From Candidatus Fiminaster equi (GTDB taxonomy: Bacteria > Bacillota_I > Bacilli_A > RFN20 > CAG-826), in contig JAGHUR010000011.1 in assembly GCA_018064745.1 (NCBI GenBank), positions 6,137 to 70,136 on the forward strand: a DNA stretch of 64,000 nt, written 5' to 3'. The notes beneath the pieces were generated by a model. The model worked only from the letters and a program-made list of their open reading frames with translations, had not been told where the DNA came from and ran no database searches. The position numbers and the translations under genes were made by a program. Of the stretch, positions 30,246 through 41,374 are shown piece by piece (the stretch's first letter is position 1; every line of letters begins with the position of its first letter).

Positions 30246-31715
30246 CTATTTTTTATGCTTCTTCCCAGTGAAAACATATTGGGTTAAAAGGGTTTGTGCT
30301 AATGAAACAAGAGCGCCGATGAACCAATAAACACCCATTGCTGCTGGTAGTGTGAAGCCCATGATAATAATCATGATTAACATTACCCAAGAAATAATGT
30401 TTGCTGTTCTGTTTTGTGATTTTTGTGCTGGATTCTTACCAAGACGAGCAACCTTTTTAGTTCTTGCCTTTTGAATCCATTGTGGAACTTTCATAGAAAC
30501 GAATTGAGAAACAGACATTAATATAATTAATACAAATGCTGTCCACCAACCTGCATTTCCAGAAGGACCCATTTTTAATGTAGTCCAAATAGAATCGGAT
30601 AAGTGAAGACCTAAAACTTGACCTGTTGCAAGAACAGCAGATCCGTTCATAGCGCCCCAAACACCGATAAATATTGGGAATTGTACTATAAGTACAAGTA
30701 ATGAAGACAAAGGATTAACTTTATTTTTCTTATACAAACGCATTTGCTCTTCAGCAAGTCTTTGTTTTTGAGCTTGGTTTGTATTTGAGTTTGGATATTT
30801 TTGTTGAATCTTAGCCAATTCTGGTTGTAAATTTGTCATCTTTTGTTGTGACAAAGTTGATTTAATTGTTACCAAGAAAATGAACAAACGAACGATAACA
30901 GTAACCAAAATTAAAGACATTAATTGAGGAACGCCATTTAAGAAGTTTGCTGAATCATGGCCTGCAAAAATATTTGCAAAGGTATCAACTAACCACGCAA
31001 CTGGATAAACGATCAATCCTTCAATAAGGTGTCCGCCTTTACCCCAGGCTTCGCCCCAACTTACACTTTCTAAGTGTACAGTAACGTTTTGAGAACCATA
31101 GTTACCGTATTCGCCCTCGATAGTTGTGATACAAGAACGATATGCATCAACAACCTGATTCATTGCATTAATATAAAGATTTTCAAAATCAACAGATGCA
31201 GCTTTTTCATAGCCTAATTCTGCTCTTAATTGATTATTTACGGCTCTATATGTTCCAAAAACATCTTCGGTATCACCGTTATAAAATTTGAAGTAACCAT
31301 ATGTCTTTAAGACATTTTCTACTTCACTAATAGTGATGTCTGTTTTGTTAAGATCTAAATTTCCTGCAGCTGCTGCGTTTTCTAAAACAATTTGGTCTAA
31401 TCTAATGAAATAATCAGTAGAAGGAACATAGACACCAGCTTGTTTAGCTGATTCAATAATTGTATTTAATTGAGCAGATTTTTCAAATCTGTTGTTTTCA
31501 TTAATTTTAACAATTTGATAAAGATTTGTACCTACTTTGCAAGCACCTTCTACAGGTTCTGAAGAAACCACGTATTCAGAAACACCTGGTTCCATAACGA
31601 AAGCAATTCTGCTTTTTTCTTTATTTGTACAGAAGTTTGCTGTACATGAAGAAGCAGCTATTCCTATTCCTAATAGACCTAATGCTAGTAATGCGATTTT
31701 ATTTCTTTTCTTCAC
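30246..31715 (-). CDS. yidC: Membrane protein insertase YidC/Oxa1, lipoprotein form with about 250-aa N-terminal extracytoplasmic extension
   Basis: Lipobox (LGIGIAASS-C). YidC core from about residue 260 (...LSQQKMTNLQPELAKIQQKYP...). Basic C-terminus. 489 aa versus about 260-280 aa for typical Gram-positive YidC. Confidence 0.88.
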   Translation of the reverse strand: MKKRNKIALLALGLLGIGIAASSCTANFCTNKEKSRIAFVMEPGVSEYVVSSEPVEGACKVGTNLYQIVKINENNRFEKSAQLNTIIESAKQAGVYVPSTDYFIRLDQIVLENAAAAGNLDLNKTDITISEVENVLKTYGYFKFYNGDTEDVFGTYRAVNNQLRAELGYEKAASVDFENLYINAMNQVVDAYRSCITTIEGEYGNYGSQNVTVHLESVSWGEAWGKGGHLIEGLIVYPVAWLVDTFANIFAGHDSANFLNGVPQLMSLILVTVIVRLFIFLVTIKSTLSQQKMTNLQPELAKIQQKYPNSNTNQAQKQRLAEEQMRLYKKNKVNPLSSLLVLIVQFPIFIGVWGAMNGSAVLATGQVLGLHLSDSIWTTLKMGPSGNAGWWTAFVLIILMSVSQFVSMKVPQWIQKARTKKVARLGKNPAQKSQNRTANIISWVMLIMIIIMGFTLPAAMGVYWFIGALVSLAQTLLTQYVFTGKKHKK

Positions 31716-31724
31716 GAGTATATC

Positions 31725-32042
31725 CTACTTTTTAAATATTTCCTTTATATCTTGCTCAATCTCAGCAAAATTTTCAGGATTGTATGCTTTTTTAATAATC
31801 ATAACTAAATCTATTGATTTAGAATAATCAGTATTATGTGCACACATTGCGCGAATTTGGCGCTTGATCTTGTTTCTAATTACCGCGTTTCCGCTCTTTT
31901 TTGGAACAGAAATTCCAATACGAGTGTAACCTAATCTATTTTCCAATACATAAAATGTGAAGAATTTTGCTCTAACTAATTCACCCTTCGCAATTACTTC
32001 TTGAAATTCTTGGTGTTTTTTAATGCGGTTTTTAACAAGCAT
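31725..32042 (-). CDS. rnpA: Ribonuclease P protein component
   Basis: 105 aa basic protein. KHQEFQEV...RIGISVPKK...RNKIKRQIR RnpA motif. rpmH-rnpA synteny. Confidence 0.9.
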   Translation of the reverse strand: MLVKNRIKKHQEFQEVIAKGELVRAKFFTFYVLENRLGYTRIGISVPKKSGNAVIRNKIKRQIRAMCAHNTDYSKSIDLVMIIKKAYNPENFAEIEQDIKEIFKK

Positions 32043-32047
32043 GGAAA

Positions 32048-32182
32048 TTAAAGAGCAATTCTTGCTCTTCCTTTTGCACGACGTGCAGCTAAAACTTTTC
32101 TGCCGCCAGCTGTTTTCATTCTTTGGCGGAAACCATGGACATTGCGTCTGTGTTTGTTACTTGGTTGAAATGTTCTTTTCAT
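32048..32182 (-). CDS. rpmH: 50S ribosomal protein L34 (44 aa; absent from the ORF track)
   Basis: Reverse-complement translation gives [53 protein letters not shown]. Promoter TGTGTATAAT upstream. Confidence 0.95.
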   Translation of the reverse strand: MKRTFQPSNKHRRNVHGFRQRMKTAGGRKVLAARRAKGRARIAL

Positions 32183-32319
32183 ATGTGTATCTCCCCTGTG
32201 CTTTTAGCACGCGTTGAGTATTATACACACGCATAACATGTTAGTCAAAGATTTTTCGCCTGTACGTGCTCAAAAGCGCACACAAACCTTATTTGATGTG
32301 TGAAACAAAATTGTAAGCG

Positions 32320-32699
32320 GTTAACTTGTCCACATTTTTTATGAATTTTTCACGTAAAAACGCCTTACTTTTCAACATTTGACGTGCTTTTTCACATAAT
32401 GTTAAAAATATGTTGACAAATCATGTGGGAATAGAAAAAAATATCGATTATTTCTACATTTATCTATTATTTTTATATGTGGATTATATTAACACTGTTG
32501 TTAATCAACAATAAAGTTTTCCACATTTGTTCACAACGGGAATAGAAACTTTTTTAAAATTTGTGGAAAACTCTAAAAATATCGATAAAATCTGACTTAA
32601 TTTTAGTTAAAAATTGTGGAAAAAATAATTTCCTTAAAAATGTTCTTGCTATTTATAAATAAATAATTATACTTTTGAGTTAATCGGAAGGTAGAAAAT
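32320..32699. other. oriC: Chromosomal replication origin (oriC) DnaA-box cluster and AT-rich unwinding region between rpmH and dnaA
   Basis: DnaA-box-like 9-mers (consensus TTATCCACA / TGTGGATAA, 1-2 mismatches) at 32326, 32424, 32478, 32517, 32562, 32615. AT-rich stretch at 32640-32690 abutting dnaA. Confidence 0.85.
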
Positions 32700-34055
32700 A
32701 TGAACGAGAGTATTTCGGAGCTCCAAAGCATATGGAGTAAGATTGTTGAAGAACTTCACGCTAATATCGAAGACACAATGTTTTTTGATGTATTCTTAGA
32801 TGAATCATCAATCCATTCTATCGATGGCGACGTTCTCACAATTGCTGTAAATTCTAACTTAGCTGTTAAGATCTTAAGTTCAAAATATGTTGATGTTGTC
32901 GAAGCAGCAGCCAAAACAGTTTTAGGTCATCCTTGCAAAGCAAAATTCAACATAAAAGAAAACTTAAAAGATGCTCCAGTAAGCGTAGAACAAAAGCCTG
33001 TATACTTTAACAACTCCACAGTAAATCCTTCATTTGTGTTCGAATCATTCGTTACTGGACCATGCAACTTAGAAGCAAAACAAGCTGCTATTTATATTGC
33101 AAATTATCCAGGAAAGGGTTTTAACCCTTTATTTATCTATTCGAACCCAGGACTTGGCAAAACCCATTTATTACATGCTATTTATAATCACGTAAAAACA
33201 ACAATGCCAGGTAAGAAGGCTTTATATTGTGATTCAACAGATTTTATTCAAGAATTTGTTAAAGGAATGACAGGTGAAAAAAGCGTTAATGATTTAAAAG
33301 ATTATTTAACAAGCTTTGATGTTTTCTTAATTGATGATATCCAAATGATGGCTAATAAAGAGCAAACATGTGGATTCTTCTTTGAGATTTTTAACATCAT
33401 GTATTCTAAAGGAAAACAAATTGTCATCACATCTGATAGACACCCATCTGAGTTAAAATCTTTCGATGAAAGATTAAAATCTAGATTCGCCGGTGGTTTG
33501 ACAGTAAATATCAATCAACCAGATGATGTAACTTGTGTTTCCATCTTAAAATCCAAAATTGAAAACAGTCCATTGGATATTAACTCATTTGATCAAAAGG
33601 TACTTGAATTCATCGCCGCAAAATTCTCTAAGAACATTCGCGACATTGATCAGGCCTTAAACAAATTGGTTTGGTACGTTACAAACTTCAGACCAACAAA
33701 ATACATCGATATGGATGTTGCATTAGAGTCACTTCAATCTTTGATTGATGTTAAAGATTCTAAGCAAAAACTAAATGAACAAAAAATCATTTCAGTAGTT
33801 GCTGACAAATACAACTTAACACCATCTCAAATCACTGGTCCTTCAAGACAAGGTACAGTGGCGATGGCAAGACATATTGCAATGTATCTAATAAGACAAA
33901 TGCTCGATACGCCATACACAAAAATTGGCATTACGTTCGGGGGAAAGGATCACTCCACAGTTATGTCTGGGGTAGAAAAAGTGGAAAAAGAGTTGAAAAC
34001 TAACACCAATCTAGAACAGGCAATTAATGAGATTAAAAATCAATTAAAAGCTTAA
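32700..34055 (+). CDS. dnaA: Chromosomal replication initiator DnaA
   Basis: 451 aa. Walker A GLGKTHLLHA. C-terminal DNA-binding domain. Flanked by DnaA boxes. Confidence 0.95.
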   Translation: MNESISELQSIWSKIVEELHANIEDTMFFDVFLDESSIHSIDGDVLTIAVNSNLAVKILSSKYVDVVEAAAKTVLGHPCKAKFNIKENLKDAPVSVEQKPVYFNNSTVNPSFVFESFVTGPCNLEAKQAAIYIANYPGKGFNPLFIYSNPGLGKTHLLHAIYNHVKTTMPGKKALYCDSTDFIQEFVKGMTGEKSVNDLKDYLTSFDVFLIDDIQMMANKEQTCGFFFEIFNIMYSKGKQIVITSDRHPSELKSFDERLKSRFAGGLTVNINQPDDVTCVSILKSKIENSPLDINSFDQKVLEFIAAKFSKNIRDIDQALNKLVWYVTNFRPTKYIDMDVALESLQSLIDVKDSKQKLNEQKIISVVADKYNLTPSQITGPSRQGTVAMARHIAMYLIRQMLDTPYTKIGITFGGKDHSTVMSGVEKVEKELKTNTNLEQAINEIKNQLKA

Positions 34056-34099
34056 TCTATAATAAAATGTGCGTGTGCGCATGCGAGAACACTCAAAAT

Positions 34100-34150
34100 C
34101 ACGTAAAAGTATGCGAGTTATCCACATAATCCACACACTCTATAAATATA
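34100..34150. promoter_or_regulatory. Second DnaA-box cluster (dnaA-dnaN spacer; bipartite oriC)
   Basis: Perfect TTATCCACA at 34128-34136 immediately followed by TAATCCACA at 34137-34145. Confidence 0.7.
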
Positions 34151-34179
34151 ATTAAGTACTTAAGGAGAAATAAATAATT

Positions 34180-35298
34180 ATGAGATTTACAATTGATAAA
34201 GAAGCATTCATGAAAGGATTAACCTTAGTTTCAAAGGCAATCCCTCCAAAAGCAGAACTTCCTGTATTTGCTAATTTTAAGTTAGCATTAACTGAAAAAG
34301 GATTAGAAATTACTGGATCAGATGGAAACATGACAATTTTGACTGTTGTTCCGTTTATGATCGGTGATAAAGAGATTATTAGAAATTCACAACCAGGTGA
34401 AGCGTTAGTTGCAGCTAAAATCTTGATTGAAGTTGTAAGACACCTTGAAGAAGAAACAGCATCATTTGAATTAATTGATGGTTCCATTCTTAAAATTGAA
34501 GATTCTAAATCAAACTTTAAATTAAATTCAATTCGCGCAGACGAATATCCGCAAATTGATTTAAGCGTTTCTGGGGCCACATTAGAGGTCTCAGCTAAAG
34601 ATATTCAATCATTGGTTGAATCTACCGCATTTGCAGCCTCTATTAAGGAAACACGCCCTATTTTGACAGCAGTCAGCCTCGAAACACACGACAATTTGCT
34701 CTCTGCAACAGCTACAGACACTGCAAGACTTGCTCGTAAGACAATCGAGATTGATTCAGACGTCAAATTTGTGGCAAACATTCCAGCCAAAAAACTTGTT
34801 GATATCGTAAGAAGTTTTGAAGGCGGAGAAAATGTCACTATCGCAATAAGCGATAAAAAGGCAACATTTGCATTCGGAAATTCAGTTATTTCAACACGTT
34901 TAACCAACGGCGATTACCCAAATACAAAATCAATCATTCCAACCAAATTTAATTACTTCCTCGAAGTCAATTCACAAGAGTTCCTCAAAGCCATGGAACG
35001 TGTCTCACTTTTAAGTGCTGAATACGAAGGTGTTGTTAAACTCATTATGGATGAAGATGAAGTAGAAATGATCTCTAGATCATCACTAGTTGGTTCTGCT
35101 AATGAAAAATTATCAGTTTTCCAATTCAGTGGAGAGCATTTAGAGATCTCATTCCGTGCATCATTTGTTGCAGATGCAATTCGTGCTTGTAAGAGTGAAG
35201 ATGTAACCATTGCATTTGTTGGTGAAATGAAGCCATTTGTTGTTAAAAATAACAAAGATGCTTCCATCGAAATGTTACTCACTCCATTGCGTTCATAA
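34180..35298 (+). CDS. dnaN: DNA polymerase III beta sliding clamp
   Basis: 372 aa, three-domain clamp. dnaA-dnaN synteny. Confidence 0.93.
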   Translation: MRFTIDKEAFMKGLTLVSKAIPPKAELPVFANFKLALTEKGLEITGSDGNMTILTVVPFMIGDKEIIRNSQPGEALVAAKILIEVVRHLEEETASFELIDGSILKIEDSKSNFKLNSIRADEYPQIDLSVSGATLEVSAKDIQSLVESTAFAASIKETRPILTAVSLETHDNLLSATATDTARLARKTIEIDSDVKFVANIPAKKLVDIVRSFEGGENVTIAISDKKATFAFGNSVISTRLTNGDYPNTKSIIPTKFNYFLEVNSQEFLKAMERVSLLSAEYEGVVKLIMDEDEVEMISRSSLVGSANEKLSVFQFSGEHLEISFRASFVADAIRACKSEDVTIAFVGEMKPFVVKNNKDASIEMLLTPLRS

Positions 35299-35335
35299 TT
35301 GCCGAAAAATCGACATTATAAACATATTACAAAAT

Positions 35336-35365
35336 AAGGGAATTTATTATTCCCTTTTTATTTTA
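35336..35365 (+). terminator. dnaN terminator
   Basis: aagggaat-ttatt-attccctt hairpin followed by tttatttt. Confidence 0.7.
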
Positions 35366-35408
35366 TATATGATAAAATGTATCGCGAGGACGAAATTTAA
35401 CCTTTTTT

Positions 35409-35630
35409 ATGATTAAAAAAACAACCCAAATTACTATCACAACTGAGTACATTACTTTAGGTCAATTCCTCAAGTTTGCTGACATCATCGAAAACGGTGG
35501 AGAAGCAAAAAGTTTCTTAGCAGAGAATGAAGTTAGAGTTGATTCCGAGCCCGAGAACAGAAGAGGAAGAAAACTTAGAGGTGGCGAAATTGTGGAAGTC
35601 TTGGGTCAAAAATTCGAGATCAAAAGATGA
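35409..35630 (+). CDS. yaaA: S4-domain RNA-binding protein YaaA
   Basis: 73 aa. Conserved small S4-like protein between dnaN and recF. Confidence 0.85.
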   Translation: MIKKTTQITITTEYITLGQFLKFADIIENGGEAKSFLAENEVRVDSEPENRRGRKLRGGEIVEVLGQKFEIKR

Positions 35631-36706
35631 TTGTTAAAAAACTTGTCCTCAGGAATTTCCGAAACTACGATTTTGTTGATGTAGAGTTCGATCCAAAGTT
35701 GAATATCATCATCGGCGATAACGCAGCAGGCAAGACAAATATTGTTGAAGCGATTCACTTTTTGTCACTTGCCAGGTCGTTCCGAACATTAGAAAGCGCT
35801 GAATTAATAAAGAATAGGCGCCAATTTGCCACGATTGAGGCCTCAGTCGAGCAAGATACCATAAAAAAAGATATCGTTGCTCTAATGACCTCTTCTAGCA
35901 AAAAGTTCACATGCAACGACAAGCCAGTTAGGAAATTATCCGATCTTTCTAAACTTATAAATGTATTAGTCTTTCAACCAAAAGACACACTTATGTTTAG
36001 TGATTCACCTTTGGTGAGACGTAACTTTCTAGATGTTAACTTATCTAAAAAGTCACCAGTCTATTTAGAGAATTTGATGATTTTTGAGAAGTTACTTAGA
36101 GAAAGAAACGCAATTCTAAAAGAAGACAACATTGATCAGGTACAACTTAATGTTGTCACTGAACAATTAGTTGAAGTTGAGGAAACAATTTGCAAGTATA
36201 GACAAGCTTACATTAGTGAGATTAATCAGGTGCTTAGCAAAATTATTACCCAGCTTAAAGGTGAAATGGAGACCGCAAAACTTGAATACTTGCCGTTTAT
36301 TAAATTAGACGACAAGTTTAAAGTCTCCTGTGCGCGTGCGTATGAGCGCAATAAAGAAAGCGACATTAAACACAAGATGACTCAGATTGGAATTCATCGT
36401 GAGGATATGAAGATGATTCTGAATGGAAAAGATATTTCCCTTCAAGGATCTCAAGGAGAGAACAGAATCGCTGTTATTGCCCTTAAAATAGCCCCTTACT
36501 TCCTCATTGAGGACAAAGATGAGAAACCAATCATAGTGCTTGATGATGTGATGTCAGAATTAGACACAGAACACAAAGAAAGATTAATTACATTTGTAAA
36601 GGGGTTAGGACAAGTGTTCATAACCTCAACAAACACAACAGTTAAAAACGCTTCAATCTATGAAGTAAAACAGCATAACATTACAAGGAGGAATGCTAAA
36701 TGGTAG
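35627..36706 (+). CDS. recF: DNA replication and repair protein RecF
   Basis: Walker [21 protein letters not shown]-like fold. Synteny. Confidence 0.92.
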   Translation: MIVKKLVLRNFRNYDFVDVEFDPKLNIIIGDNAAGKTNIVEAIHFLSLARSFRTLESAELIKNRRQFATIEASVEQDTIKKDIVALMTSSSKKFTCNDKPVRKLSDLSKLINVLVFQPKDTLMFSDSPLVRRNFLDVNLSKKSPVYLENLMIFEKLLRERNAILKEDNIDQVQLNVVTEQLVEVEETICKYRQAYISEINQVLSKIITQLKGEMETAKLEYLPFIKLDDKFKVSCARAYERNKESDIKHKMTQIGIHREDMKMILNGKDISLQGSQGENRIAVIALKIAPYFLIEDKDEKPIIVLDDVMSELDTEHKERLITFVKGLGQVFITSTNTTVKNASIYEVKQHNITRRNAKW

Positions 36707-38703
36707 AACTAGATGAAAATGTCGAATTAAATGTAGACGCATCCACCGAAGATCGTCCAGATGCAGACTATTCTGCTAAAGATCTTCAAGTTCTCGAAGG
36801 CCTAGAGGCGGTTCGCAAACGTCCAGGTATGTACATTGGTACTACTGCAGCAGCAGGTCTTCACCACCTCGTTTGGGAAATTGTCGATAACTCTATCGAT
36901 GAGGCCCTTGCAGGATTCTGTGACAAAATTGTAGTCACAATCAACCCTGGCGACACCATCACAGTCGAAGATAATGGCCGTGGTGTTCCAGTCGACATCG
37001 TTGCAAAATCCGGATTATCCGGTGTCGAGACTGTCTTTACAATCTTACACGCCGGTGGTAAGTTCGGTGAAACTGGTGGATACAAAGTATCCGGCGGTTT
37101 ACACGGTGTTGGTGCATCAGTCGTTAACGCTTTGTCTGAATGGTTAGAATGTACTGTTCACAAAAATGGAAAAGTCCATTACATGAAATTTGGTCGTGGT
37201 GGTAAACCACTTGATCACTTAAAAGTAATTGGTGACTGCCCGGCTGAACAAACAGGTACAACTGTTACATTTAAACCAGATGACACAATCTTTACTGAAA
37301 CAACAGTTTATGATTACGATGTAATCTGTGATCACTTAAAACAAATGGCTTACCTTAACAAAGGTGTCAGAATTGTTGTAAGAGATGCACGTGTTGCCCC
37401 AGCTAAAGAAGAAACTTATTGCTACGAAGGTGGTATTAAGGAATACGTCCAATCAATTAACTTTAATAAAACCCCAATCATGCAAGAAATTATCTATTGC
37501 GAAGGTAGAGGAAAATACATGGTTGGTGATGAAGAAAAAGGTCATATCTATTGTGAGGTTGCTATGCAATATAACGAAAGCTATAACCCAACAATCTTCT
37601 CATTCTGTAACAACATTCACACACATGAAGGCGGAACCCACGAAGAAGGTTTCAGACTTGCAATGCGTCGTGTAATGAATGATTACGCAAGAAAAGCAAA
37701 ATTACTCAAGGATGATCAATCAGACCTTGAAACCTCGGATATTTTGGAAGGTTTAACCGCAATTATCTCAGTTAAACACCCAAACCCACAATATGAAGGA
37801 CAAACCAAGACAAAACTTGGTAACTCTGAAGTTCGTAAAATTGTTTCACAAATCGTTGGTGAACAACTTGAAAGATTCTTACTCGAGAATCCAAAAGTTG
37901 CCGAACAAATTGTCGCAAAACTTACAATGGCAGCAAAGGCTCGTATGGCTGCACGTGCTGCACAAGAATCTGTCCGTCGTAAAACAGGACTCGAAGTCAC
38001 AACTCTTCCAGGAAAATTAGCTGACTGCTCCAGCAAAGAACCAGAAAGATGTGAACTTTATATCGTCGAAGGTAACTCCGCTGGTGGCTCAGCCAAAAAC
38101 GGACGTGACCGTGAGACACAAGCAATTCTTCCACTTCGTGGAAAAATCTTAAATGTTGAAAAAGCAACTCAAGAAAAAGCTTTTGAAAACGCTGAAATTG
38201 GTAACATGATTGTCGCTATTGGTGCTGGCATTGACCCAGAATTCCATATCGAAAAAGCTCGTTATCACAAGATTGTTATTATGACCGATGCTGATGTTGA
38301 CGGAAGCCACATTAGAATTCTCTTATTAACATTCTTCTTCAGATTCATGAAGGAATTAATTGAAGCTGGTTATGTTTACATCGCACAACCACCTCTATAC
38401 AAAGTCGATTACCATGGTAAGTCATACTATGCTTACAACGATGATCAACTTGAAAACATCAAAAAACAACTCGCTTTAAAACCTGGATACCCATTCCAAC
38501 GTTATAAAGGTCTTGGTGAAATGGATGCAGAACAACTTTGGGAAACCACAATGGACCCAGCACACCGTAAAATGCTCCGTGTCACAATGTCTGATGCTAT
38601 CGAAGCCGACAAGGTCTTCACAGACTTAATGGGTGACGAAGTCTTACCAAGAAAAGAGTTCATTCACAAATATGCTAAGTTCGTTAAGAACTTAGATATC
38701 TAA
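36700..38703 (+). CDS. gyrB: DNA gyrase subunit B
   Basis: 667 aa. GHKL ATPase and Toprim motifs ([17 protein letters not shown]). Confidence 0.95.
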   Translation: MVELDENVELNVDASTEDRPDADYSAKDLQVLEGLEAVRKRPGMYIGTTAAAGLHHLVWEIVDNSIDEALAGFCDKIVVTINPGDTITVEDNGRGVPVDIVAKSGLSGVETVFTILHAGGKFGETGGYKVSGGLHGVGASVVNALSEWLECTVHKNGKVHYMKFGRGGKPLDHLKVIGDCPAEQTGTTVTFKPDDTIFTETTVYDYDVICDHLKQMAYLNKGVRIVVRDARVAPAKEETYCYEGGIKEYVQSINFNKTPIMQEIIYCEGRGKYMVGDEEKGHIYCEVAMQYNESYNPTIFSFCNNIHTHEGGTHEEGFRLAMRRVMNDYARKAKLLKDDQSDLETSDILEGLTAIISVKHPNPQYEGQTKTKLGNSEVRKIVSQIVGEQLERFLLENPKVAEQIVAKLTMAAKARMAARAAQESVRRKTGLEVTTLPGKLADCSSKEPERCELYIVEGNSAGGSAKNGRDRETQAILPLRGKILNVEKATQEKAFENAEIGNMIVAIGAGIDPEFHIEKARYHKIVIMTDADVDGSHIRILLLTFFFRFMKELIEAGYVYIAQPPLYKVDYHGKSYYAYNDDQLENIKKQLALKPGYPFQRYKGLGEMDAEQLWETTMDPAHRKMLRVTMSDAIEADKVFTDLMGDEVLPRKEFIHKYAKFVKNLDI

Positions 38704-38721
38704 TGAAAGGAGAGTAAAATT

Positions 38722-41283
38722 ATGGCAGACGAAATTAAAGAAAATGAAGTAGTCGAAGAAGAAAAAGCTTCAGAAGCTCCTACTATCGAAGCCGGTGTCG
38801 CAGCTGGTCTTGAAGATACAGATTTAGCTCAAGAAGTTAGAAATTCCTTCCTTGATTACGCAATGTCAGTTATTGTTGCTCGTGCTATCCCAGATGTCCG
38901 TGATGGTTGTAAACCAGTTCACCGTAGAGTTATTTATGGTATGCACGTTACAGGAATGGTTCCTGGAACTCCTTATAAGAAATCAGCCCGTATCGTTGGT
39001 GATGTTATGGGTAAATATCACCCACACGGCGACTCAGCAATTTACTCAACATTAGTTAGACTTGCTCAACCATTCGCAATGCGTTATACACTTGTTGATG
39101 GACACGGTAACTTCGGCTCAGTTGATGGTGATGAACCAGCTGCTATGCGTTATACCGAAGCAAGAATGACTAAACTCGCAACCGAAATGGTTCGTGACCT
39201 CAACTGTAATACAGTTGATATGGTTGATAACTATGATGGTACAGAAGTTGAACCATCAGTCTTACCTTCAAGATTCCCTAACTTACTCGTCAATGGTAGT
39301 AACGGTATCGCTGTTGGTATGGCAACTTATATTCCAACACACAACTTAGGCGAAACAATTGACGCTGTTGTTGCTGTTGCAAGAAATCCTGAAATTACTC
39401 CACTTGAGATTATGCAAGATTACCTCTTTGGTCCTGACTTCTCAACAGGAGCTACCATTTTAGGAAGAACCGGAATCAAAGATTATTTTGAAACTGGTAC
39501 CGGATCTATCGTTATCCGTTCAAAAGCAGAAATTAAAGAGAACGAAAAAACCGGTAAAAAACAAATTATTGTTCACGAAATTCCATATCAAGTTAACAAA
39601 GCTAACATGATTGAATCTATCGCACATCTTGTAAGAGACAAGGTTGTCGACGGAATTACAGATATTCGTGATGAATCTTCAAAAGGTAATGTTCGTATCG
39701 TTATCGATGTTAGACATGACGCAATTCCAGAAGTTATTTTGAATCAACTTTACAAGATGACTCAACTTCAAACTTCAATGGGTATTATCATGCTCTGCTT
39801 AGTTGATGGTGCACCAAAAATCTTACCTATTACTGAAATCTTAAAGAAATACTTAGACTTCCAAGTCGAAGTTGTTGAAAGAAGAACAAAGTTCTTACTT
39901 GCAAAAGATGAAGCTCGTGATCACATCGTTTGTGGCTTACTTAAAGCTATTGGTGATATCGATGCAATCGTTGAAACAATTAAGAAATCAGCAACTCCAG
40001 AAGATGCTACAAGAGCGTTAATGGAAAAATTCGGTTTCTCCGAAGAACAAACGGCCGCAATTCTTGCTATGACTCTCCGTAGACTTACAGGTCTTGAAGA
40101 AGGCAAGCTCGAAGAAGAACGTGCTCAACTTGAAGCAAATATCGCAAAATACCATCATATTCTCGAATCAAGAGCAAACGTCACTGACGTTGTCGTTGAA
40201 GAATTACTCGAAATTAAAGAGAAATACAGTGATGAACGTAAGACCGATATTTCAGATGAAGCTGCAACTATCGAAGATGAAGCACTCATCCCACAAAAAC
40301 AAATTGTTGTCACATTATCCAAGAACAACTACGTTAAGAGAATGGATGCTGATACATTCCGTGCTCAAAATCGTGGTGGTCGTGGTGTCCGTGGCACAGC
40401 CTTAAATGATGAAGACGAAGTCTCTATCATGTTACACACAAGAACACACATTGACGTTATGTTCTTCTCTAATTTAGGAAGAGTCTACCGTCTCCGTGGT
40501 TACATGATTCCAGAAGGCTCAAGAATTTCTAAAGGCATTCCAATTCAAAACTTACTTAACCTTGAAAAGGGTGAAAAGATTATGTCTATCATTCCAATCG
40601 AGGATTACTCTGAAGGACATTTCTTATTCTTTGCAACAAAGGATGGTTTAGTAAAACGTACTCCAGTCAAAGAATATGAATCTGTTCGTAAGAATGGTAA
40701 GATTGCAATTTCACTTCGTGAAGGTGATGCATTACTTGATGTTAAACAAACAGATGGTAACGCAAAAATCTGTCTTGCATCCAGCAAGGGCAAACTTGTT
40801 AGATTCCAAGAAGATCAAGCACGTCCACTTGGCCGTACAGCATCAGGCGTTAAGGGTATTGAACTTGACGATGGTGCAGTTGCAGTCGGTATGACAACCT
40901 CACTTGAAGGAAATTACATCCTTGTTATTACATCTCATGGTTTCGGTAAGATGTCAGAAGTTGACGAATACCGTGAAACCAAACGTGGTGCAAAAGGCGT
41001 TACTGCTCTTAACTGCACAGTCAAGAACGGTAAACTTGTTGCCATGAGAGCTGTTGCAGGTGATGAAGACTTAATGATGGTTACCAACACTGGTGTCATC
41101 ATCAGAATTCCACTTGAACAAGTTAAGATTGCACACCGTGTTACTCAAGGTGTCAAAGTCATCAGATTAGAAGATGAAAAACAACGCGTTTCTTCCATCA
41201 CTGTTGTCCCACATGAAGACGCAGAAGAAGGTGTTGAAGAAGCCCCAGTTGAAGCCTCAGAAGCTCCAGCTGAAAATGAGTAA
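38722..41283 (+). CDS. gyrA: DNA gyrase subunit A
   Basis: 853 aa. Active-site/QRDR region (YHPHGDSAIY). C-terminal beta-pinwheel and acidic tail. Confidence 0.95.
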   Translation: MADEIKENEVVEEEKASEAPTIEAGVAAGLEDTDLAQEVRNSFLDYAMSVIVARAIPDVRDGCKPVHRRVIYGMHVTGMVPGTPYKKSARIVGDVMGKYHPHGDSAIYSTLVRLAQPFAMRYTLVDGHGNFGSVDGDEPAAMRYTEARMTKLATEMVRDLNCNTVDMVDNYDGTEVEPSVLPSRFPNLLVNGSNGIAVGMATYIPTHNLGETIDAVVAVARNPEITPLEIMQDYLFGPDFSTGATILGRTGIKDYFETGTGSIVIRSKAEIKENEKTGKKQIIVHEIPYQVNKANMIESIAHLVRDKVVDGITDIRDESSKGNVRIVIDVRHDAIPEVILNQLYKMTQLQTSMGIIMLCLVDGAPKILPITEILKKYLDFQVEVVERRTKFLLAKDEARDHIVCGLLKAIGDIDAIVETIKKSATPEDATRALMEKFGFSEEQTAAILAMTLRRLTGLEEGKLEEERAQLEANIAKYHHILESRANVTDVVVEELLEIKEKYSDERKTDISDEAATIEDEALIPQKQIVVTLSKNNYVKRMDADTFRAQNRGGRGVRGTALNDEDEVSIMLHTRTHIDVMFFSNLGRVYRLRGYMIPEGSRISKGIPIQNLLNLEKGEKIMSIIPIEDYSEGHFLFFATKDGLVKRTPVKEYESVRKNGKIAISLREGDALLDVKQTDGNAKICLASSKGKLVRFQEDQARPLGRTASGVKGIELDDGAVAVGMTTSLEGNYILVITSHGFGKMSEVDEYRETKRGAKGVTALNCTVKNGKLVAMRAVAGDEDLMMVTNTGVIIRIPLEQVKIAHRVTQGVKVIRLEDEKQRVSSITVVPHEDAEEGVEEAPVEASEAPAENE

Positions 41284-41312
41284 AATATCCGGGAATTCAT
41301 AAGGATTTCTCG

Positions 41313-41346
41313 AGAAAACAGGGGGTTTTTGAGAAAATCAAGACCC
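41313..41346 (+). other. GC-rich hairpin (aGGGGGT...ACCCCCt) in the gyrA-serS spacer; possible weak gyrA terminator or serS leader element
   Basis: 6-bp G/C stem with a 16-nt loop. Followed by an A-rich rather than T-rich tract. Confidence 0.3.
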
Positions 41347-41374
41347 CCTCAAAATAAGAAAGAAGGATTTAATT

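Noticed and set aside
32023-32217. 64-aa plus-strand ORF
   Set aside because: Antisense to rpmH (L34), whose 44-aa product is unmistakable on the minus strand.
41284-41374. Possible T-box riboswitch upstream of serS
   Set aside because: The leader is only about 90 nt, with a single hairpin and no specifier-loop or T-box sequence (AATTAGGGTGGNACCGCG-like). It is too short for a T-box.
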